A stretch of 55,687 nucleotides of DNA from Alphaproteobacteria bacterium. GTDB lineage: Bacteria > Pseudomonadota > Alphaproteobacteria > Bin95. A model generated the notes under the pieces. The model searched no databases, was not told where the DNA came from, and saw only the letters and a program-made list of their open reading frames with translations. Shown piece by piece: positions 48,405-55,687 of the stretch (position 1 is the first letter of the stretch; each line of letters begins with the position of its first letter). Where the stretch lies: positions 1 to 55,687 of the forward strand of contig JAPOZD010000219.1 in assembly GCA_026706245.1 (NCBI GenBank). Direction: 5' to 3'. The position numbers and the translations under genes are program-made.

Positions 48405-49919
48405 ATGCCGGACAGCGAGAATGACGTTCAGGGCGGGCTGACCTGGAAAATCCTGAAGCAGGTGTTCCCGGTTGCACCGTCGCTCAGGCGCGAGCATTGG
48501 GACCTGCTGGCCGGAACCGGGATCGCGGAGGCGCAAAGGAACGACGACGAACTGTTTTACCAGGCATTGCTGCACAAATTCCGGCGCGACGGCGAATTCC
48601 TGGTCGATCTGGACCGAAGGTTTCTCGGATCGAAAAAGAAGAAGGACAGGGAGAAAGCCTTTACCTACCGGGCCCGACGATGGCTGCGCCAGCAGATCCC
48701 CGGCCTGTCCGAGTACGACGATATCCTGGAGGCTCCGGCGGACCTGTTCGGCGAAGCCACCGCCGAGCGGGACTTGCGGGACATAGTCGCCGACATGCGG
48801 CGGGTCGAAAGAGAGGCTAAGGCCCGCCAGGCGCCTCTTGCCGAAGAACGATGGAAATCGGCCGGCGCGGAACTGCGCAGCCTTCTGGACGAGCTGGACC
48901 GCCCGACGCCGGACGCGGTCGAACGGATAGAGGCTGCCGCCGAGGCGCTTTTGGAGGCCGGCGGCGAAGTCCGGAAACAGGCTGCGGAACTGGAGCGAAG
49001 CCGCGTCGATATACGGGTTCTGCTTGAGGCTCTTCCCGATCTGAGCCGCGCCGCTGAGGTGCTGGAGCGCCTCGAAGCGCTCGAGGCCGCGCAATTGGCG
49101 GCGCTGGCCGAAATCGCGCATGAAGCCCGCACGCCGGTCGATGCGCTGGCCGAGGCGGAAATAGGGTTGGCGGCGAAGGAGAGGGAGTTCGAACGACAGA
49201 GGGCCGACGGCGCGCCCTGGTCGGCGATCGCGAGGCAGGCGGAGGCCCTGGCGGAACTCGAAGCGGAAAGGAACCGCCAGCTTGCCTCGGTGGAGACGCT
49301 GCTTGCCCGGATGGCGGCGGCCTCGGCGGCAGTCGAGGCCGGTGAGCCTCCGGCACGTCCGGGTCCGGAGACCGGAAAGCGCCGAAAAGCCCGGGCCGCA
49401 AGGCGCGCTGAAGAGAAGCAGGACGCCCCCCCGGCGGCCGGCAGCGCGATGGAAGAGGATGCGGGAGAGCCGGCCGGGACCGCCGGTCCGCCGCTGCCCG
49501 CGTCCTGGAACGAGTTTGCCGATTGGTGCGAGACGCAACTGGGTGGTCGTCTTGCCCTGTCGTCGCGCGCCTTCGGCTCGATCAAGAAGGCGCGTTACGA
49601 GGATGTCGAACTTGCAGCGCAGTGCCTGGCATGGCTGGGCGGCGACTACCGCAGGGCGAGGCTGGAGGGCAGAGGCAACAGTCTGCAGGGTCCGGTCCCG
49701 GCCGGGTCCGGCGTCCGGAACGACCGGAGCGGCGGGGACTCGTTCGAGTTCGACTGGCAGGGGAAGCGGCTGCGGGCCGACTGGCATATCAAGAACGGCG
49801 GCAATACCCGCGATCCGGCGCGGTGCCTGCGCATCTACTATTGCTGGCATGAAGACGGCGACGGAGGGCAGGTCGTTGTCGGAGACATGCCGGCCCATGT
49901 GCGAAGCCGCGTGACATGA
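48405..49919 (+). CDS. Hypothetical protein, no family recognised (N-terminal domain, central helical/coiled-coil region, basic/Pro-rich linker, Cys/Trp-rich C-terminal domain)
   Basis: 504 aa. GGGAGG 11 nt upstream of the ATG. Coding-like composition throughout. The first ~300 nt are visibly AT-richer than neighbouring genes. Confidence 0.7.
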   Translation: MPDSENDVQGGLTWKILKQVFPVAPSLRREHWDLLAGTGIAEAQRNDDELFYQALLHKFRRDGEFLVDLDRRFLGSKKKKDREKAFTYRARRWLRQQIPGLSEYDDILEAPADLFGEATAERDLRDIVADMRRVEREAKARQAPLAEERWKSAGAELRSLLDELDRPTPDAVERIEAAAEALLEAGGEVRKQAAELERSRVDIRVLLEALPDLSRAAEVLERLEALEAAQLAALAEIAHEARTPVDALAEAEIGLAAKEREFERQRADGAPWSAIARQAEALAELEAERNRQLASVETLLARMAAASAAVEAGEPPARPGPETGKRRKARAARRAEEKQDAPPAAGSAMEEDAGEPAGTAGPPLPASWNEFADWCETQLGGRLALSSRAFGSIKKARYEDVELAAQCLAWLGGDYRRARLEGRGNSLQGPVPAGSGVRNDRSGGDSFEFDWQGKRLRADWHIKNGGNTRDPARCLRIYYCWHEDGDGGQVVVGDMPAHVRSRVT

Positions 49920-49935
49920 ACGCCGGACGGGCCGT

Positions 49936-50592
49936 TCACAGCCTCCGCAGGCGCTCGAAGCGGTGCAGCATGAGGGCCGTGCCGATGGCGGGCGCGGCAA
50001 GGTTCGCGAGCGGCAGGGTCATCAGCCAGGCGATGGCGACGCCTGCGAGCCACACGCGGAAGCGGTGGCGGCGGCGGAGCGCGCGGGCGGCCTCCGGTTC
50101 GAGCCGGCGGAGTGCGGCCGCCTCGAAATATTCGCGCCCGCAGAGCCAGCCATTCGCCAGCCAGAACAGCAGGAGCCCCAAGGGCGGCACAAATAGCCAG
50201 ACCGGCAGCAGCAGGAGGTTGATGCCGAGCGCGGCGCCGGCGAAGAAGGCGGTCTGGCGGAGCGTTTCGCCCCAGCCCTGCGCCCTGGGCGGCCCGAGAC
50301 CCGGGTAATGGCGGGCCTCGACCGCGCTCGCGGCGCGCTCCAGGAACAGGCCCTGCAAGGCCGCGGCCGCCGCCGGGAAGAGCATCGCGCCCGCCGCCAG
50401 CGCCGCCGCGCCTCCGGCAAGCCCCGCCGCGACATCGAGCCAGCCGACGCCGGTGAGTCCGCCGAGCGCCCAGCCGGCGCCTGCCGCGAGCGCGGCCAGC
50501 AGCAGCGCGGCCAGCAGGCAGGAAAACAGCACCACGCGGCGAAAGCGCCGGTCCGAAAGCTGCGTGAAGGCTTTGAAGAGGTCGGCGATCAA
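49936..50592 (-). CDS. EI24/CysZ-like membrane protein
   Basis: About 218 aa from the TTG at 50592-50590, which overlaps the upstream gene's stop (TTGA). LFKAFTQLSDRRFRRVVL N-terminus and four or more hydrophobic helices resemble EI24/CysZ-family proteins. The start is uncertain. Confidence 0.6.
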   Translation of the reverse strand: MIADLFKAFTQLSDRRFRRVVLFSCLLAALLLAALAAGAGWALGGLTGVGWLDVAAGLAGGAAALAAGAMLFPAAAAALQGLFLERAASAVEARHYPGLGPPRAQGWGETLRQTAFFAGAALGINLLLLPVWLFVPPLGLLLFWLANGWLCGREYFEAAALRRLEPEAARALRRRHRFRVWLAGVAIAWLMTLPLANLAAPAIGTALMLHRFERLRRL

Positions 50593-51980
50593 GGCGCGGC
50601 GTCTTCCTCGAAGCCATAGGCGCGGGCGAGGAGCCGGATCGGGTGCCCGACGGGCCTGGGCGGCGCGTCCGGGTCGAGGCGCTGTATGCCCTGCGCAATA
50701 TGCAGGGCGGCGAGCGGGCATTCGGAGACCACAGGGCCGCCCACCTCGAGCGCCCGCCGGGCCACCGGGCGGCCAAGCCGGAGCGCGGTCTCGAAATTGT
50801 CCTTGAGGCAGCCCCGGAAACCGCCATGGCCGGAGCAACTCTCGATCACCTCGACGGCGGTATCGGGAATGAGCGCCAGCAGTTCCGCCGCCTTGCGGCC
50901 CATGGTCTGCGCGCGGGCATGGCAGGCGACATGGACCGCGACCGGCCCGTCGAGCGGCTTCAGCCCCTCCGCCAGCCCCTCGCGCCGGGCGATGTCCACC
51001 ACATATTCGCTGAGGTCGAACACCGAGCGCGCCAGCCGGGCCACGTCCTCATTGCCGGGTAGCAACAGCGGCCATTCGGATTTCAGCATAAGCGCGCAGG
51101 AGGGCATCAGCGCCACGATGTCGTAGCCGGCGTCGGCGAGCGCCAGCAATTCCGGGGCGATCCGCCCGGCCCGCCGGGCTGCCGTCCCGATATCGCCCAG
51201 CTCCAGTTGCGGCATGCCGCAGCAGCCGGGATGGACGATATGCGTCTCGACGCCGTTCCGCGCCAGCACGGCGCGGGCGGCGAGCCCGGTTTCCGGCTCG
51301 TTGTAGTTGCCGAGGCAGGTGGCGTAGAGCGCGGCCCTGCGCCCGAAGGCCGGCGCAGCCTCGTTGAGCGCCGGCGCGCCCGCCATGGCGCGGTGCTCGA
51401 GGCTCTCATGGTGGAAGCGCGGCAGCGCGGCCTCGCGGTGGACGCCTGCTAAGCCCTCGATCAGTGTGCGCACGGGCTCGTTCGCCGTATCCAGCGCCCA
51501 GTTGGCGAGCGGTGCCGCCATGCCGCCGGCGCGGCCGTTGCGGTCGGTCGCGGCGACCTCGCGGTCCTCGAAACGCCGCTCGCCGCGCCGGAACTCCGCC
51601 GCCCGGTGCCGCAGCATCAGGTGCGGAAAGTCCACCTCCAGGGGGTGCGGCGGCACATAGGGGCATTCGGTCCTGAAGCACATGTCGCAGAGCGTGCAGG
51701 CGTCCGCGACCGCCTTGAAGCCCGCCGGATCGACCGTGTCGAGCCCGCTCGATGGGGCCTTGTCGATCAGGGCGAACAGGCGCGGGAAGGCGTCGCAGAG
51801 GCCGGAACAGCGCCGGCAGCCCTGGCAGATGCCGAATACCCGCCGGAGCTCGGCATCGATCGCCTCGGGGTCATCGAACTCCGGCGCGTCCCACGCCAGC
51901 GGGCGGCGCAACGAGGCGTCGGGTCTGCCCTCGCGCATGGGCTCGGAGCTTCCCGGGACGGAAGGATTTGCGGGGGGCAT
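50589..51980 (-). CDS. (Fe-S)-binding oxidoreductase subunit with two CCG domains (GlpC / heterodisulfide-reductase-related)
   Basis: 463 aa (alternative start at 51938). Ferredoxin-like CQGCRRCSGLC and CTLCDMCFRTECP, and CCG-type motifs HPGCCGMP and ESCSGHGG. Confidence 0.75.
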   Translation of the reverse strand: MPPANPSVPGSSEPMREGRPDASLRRPLAWDAPEFDDPEAIDAELRRVFGICQGCRRCSGLCDAFPRLFALIDKAPSSGLDTVDPAGFKAVADACTLCDMCFRTECPYVPPHPLEVDFPHLMLRHRAAEFRRGERRFEDREVAATDRNGRAGGMAAPLANWALDTANEPVRTLIEGLAGVHREAALPRFHHESLEHRAMAGAPALNEAAPAFGRRAALYATCLGNYNEPETGLAARAVLARNGVETHIVHPGCCGMPQLELGDIGTAARRAGRIAPELLALADAGYDIVALMPSCALMLKSEWPLLLPGNEDVARLARSVFDLSEYVVDIARREGLAEGLKPLDGPVAVHVACHARAQTMGRKAAELLALIPDTAVEVIESCSGHGGFRGCLKDNFETALRLGRPVARRALEVGGPVVSECPLAALHIAQGIQRLDPDAPPRPVGHPIRLLARAYGFEEDAAP

Positions 51981-52012
51981 CCGGCCGGCCGCGCAAGCCG
52001 GATGCCCCCCGC
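51970..52012 (-). terminator. Perfect 16-bp stem hairpin between katG and the Fe-S gene (no U-tract)
   Basis: GCGGGGGGCATCCGGC (51970-51985) is the exact reverse complement of 51997-52012, with an 11-nt loop. It begins 5 nt after the katG stop codon. On the minus-strand transcript its 3' arm contains the first ATG (51980-51978) of the downstream ORF. Confidence 0.4.
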
Positions 52013-52017
52013 CGGTC

Positions 52018-54333
<2,316 letters not shown>

Positions 54334-54340
54334 TCAACAA

Positions 54341-54357
54341 TTTAGACCGATTCTAGG
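54341..54357. promoter_or_regulatory. Iron-control-element (Irr box)-like motif TTTAGAC-CGA-TTCTAGG
   Basis: Matches 11 of 14 specified positions of the Bradyrhizobium ICE consensus TTTAGAA-N3-TTCTAAA. Lies in the irr-katG intergenic region, 134-150 nt upstream of the katG ATG. Confidence 0.45.
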
Positions 54358-54372
54358 TTCGGATATTCCGGG

Positions 54373-54777
54373 CTAGCGGATCCGCACCACGAGGTCGATG
54401 CGCTCCACCGTCTTGCCGCCCGGCGCCTCGGGCAGGCCGGTAATGCCGACATCTTCGGCGTCGAAGTCGATCAGCTCGTTCGTGCCGGTGTCGTAGAAAT
54501 GGTGATGGCGGGAGAGGTTGGTGTCGAAGCAGGCGCGGCCCGGCTCCACATCCACCCGGCGCAGCAGCCCAGCATCCACGAACTGGTGCAGCGTGTTGTA
54601 GACCGTGGCCAGCGACACGCGGACGCCGGCCTCGCGCGCTTCCCGGCTCAGCTCCTCGGCGCGGACATGGCGGTCGGGCCCCGCGAACAGGAGCCGCGCC
54701 AGCCCGAGCCGCTGCCGCGTCGGCCGCAGCCCGGCCCTGCGCAGCCGCATCCTGATATCCGAATCCTCAGTGTCCAT
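54373..54777 (-). CDS. irr: Fur-family regulator, Irr-like (iron response regulator)
   Basis: 134 aa from the ATG at 54777-54775. AGLRPTRQR, VSLATVYNTL.QFVDAGLLRRV, FDTN and an HHH motif as in Irr. No CxxC structural zinc pairs. Directly upstream of katG. Confidence 0.8.
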   Translation of the reverse strand: MDTEDSDIRMRLRRAGLRPTRQRLGLARLLFAGPDRHVRAEELSREAREAGVRVSLATVYNTLHQFVDAGLLRRVDVEPGRACFDTNLSRHHHFYDTGTNELIDFDAEDVGITGLPEAPGGKTVERIDLVVRIR

Positions 54778-54911
54778 GGCACCGGCAATTCTATAACGCG
54801 GCGGACGAAAGTCCAGCCGAAGGACCTGCCCGCGCCTGCCTCGGCATGGTGACGGAGCCGAGTGAAAATCGGCCTTCTCCCCGCCTGTCCGCGTTGTATA
54901 GTTTCCCCGCC

Positions 54912-55679
54912 ATGCAAGCCCGACACATCGTTCCGCTGCCCTCATCCCGGTTCCGCCTCATCCTGGCGGCGGCTTTGCTGGCAGCGCTGACGGCGGTCCC
55001 GGCGGCGGCCGGGCCGCTCGATGGAGCGCGGGCGGCATGGTCCGAAGGCCGGTTCCTCGAAGCCGCCGACATGGCGGAGGAAACCGGTGGGCCGGAGGGC
55101 CTCGCCTTCGCGGCGGAATCTCTGGTCCTGCAGGCATCCTACCTCGCGGCGGAGCAGGACCGGCCCGCGCTGTTCGAGAGGGCGCTCGCGCTGGCGATGC
55201 GTGCGGTCGAGGCTGCCCCGGACGAAGCCTATGCGCATATCGCGGCGGCGCGCGTCATGGGCCGCCACGGACAGACGCTGAGCACGTCCGAAGCCAGCGA
55301 CCGGGGCTATGCGGGGAAGATCCGCGATTCGCTGGAGCGCGCGCTGGAGCTGAAACCCGCTTCCGTGAAGGCGATGACAGGCCTCGCCATCTGGCACGCC
55401 CGCGTCGTGGAGGTTGCAGGCTCCTTCCTGGCCCGGATCACTTACGGCGCCCGCGAGAAATCGGTCCATGAACTGTTCGGTCGCGTGTTCGAGGCCGCGC
55501 CCGGCGAGAAGGTGCCGCTCTTCGAATATGCGCCCGCGCTCCGGATGCTGGACGGGGACATGGACCGCGCCCGGGACCTGCTCCGGCAGGCCATGGCGCT
55601 GCCGGCAAAGAACGCCTATCAGCGCATTGTCGACGAACGCGCGGCGAAGCTGCTGGCGGAGATCGAAGCCGGGGGCTGA
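54912..55679 (+). CDS. Hypothetical secreted helical-repeat protein
   Basis: 255 aa from the ATG at 54912 (ORF-track start 54846 is less likely). Signal peptide RFRLILAAALLAALTAVPAAAG. Alpha-helical, TPR/Sel1-like composition. No family recognised. Confidence 0.6.
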   Translation: MQARHIVPLPSSRFRLILAAALLAALTAVPAAAGPLDGARAAWSEGRFLEAADMAEETGGPEGLAFAAESLVLQASYLAAEQDRPALFERALALAMRAVEAAPDEAYAHIAAARVMGRHGQTLSTSEASDRGYAGKIRDSLERALELKPASVKAMTGLAIWHARVVEVAGSFLARITYGAREKSVHELFGRVFEAAPGEKVPLFEYAPALRMLDGDMDRARDLLRQAMALPAKNAYQRIVDERAAKLLAEIEAGG

Positions 55680-55687
55680 GGGCGGCG

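Noticed and set aside
46300-49919. tRNA-Gly-associated genomic island carrying the tauD-like, panE-like and orphan genes
   Set aside because: There is no integrase or other mobility gene, and I could find no repeat of the tRNA 3' end downstream. Only the orphan gene's 5' part looks compositionally unusual. There is not enough evidence to call an island.

Overview
This is a GC-rich chromosomal segment that looks alphaproteobacterial, based on MipZ, Irr, an NnrR-type regulator and the mnmG-rsmG-parA-parB order. About 55 protein genes, one tRNA and several non-coding elements can be supported. The left end (534-9408, minus strand) is a complete clade-I nitrous-oxide reductase cluster, nosRZDFYLX plus a class-I cytochrome c. 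Almost every gene junction in it overlaps, and an FNR-type palindrome and a divergent Crp/Fnr (Dnr/NnrR-like) regulator lie upstream. The middle carries housekeeping genes: ispE, ETF-QO, UDG, an SLT transglycosylase, moaB, nnrU and cobT/cobS. It also carries the chromosome partition locus: two identical perfect parS palindromes bracket mnmG, followed by rsmG-parA-parB, with mipZ about 7.6 kb further on. The right part holds amt, pdxH, tRNA-Gly(CCC), TauD/PhyH-type dioxygenases and irr-katG. The items most worth a second look are: (i) a 1,299-aa protein with a MotB-like N-terminus, an OmpA-like C-terminus and a very long tandem-repeat coiled coil, with no MotA partner; (ii) an orphan 504-aa protein with no recognisable family; (iii) a 717-bp DUF4160/DUF2442 cassette flanked by 21-bp direct repeats that splits a formerly overlapping pdxH/phyH junction; (iv) a 269-bp element with perfect 24-bp terminal inverted repeats that supply the stop codons of both parB and mlaC; (v) an orphan strong promoter plus terminator, a candidate ~60-nt sRNA, in a 620-bp non-coding stretch upstream of tRNA-Gly; (vi) a hicBA module. 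Many long ORFs in the track are antisense or frame shadows typical of high-GC DNA and were rejected.
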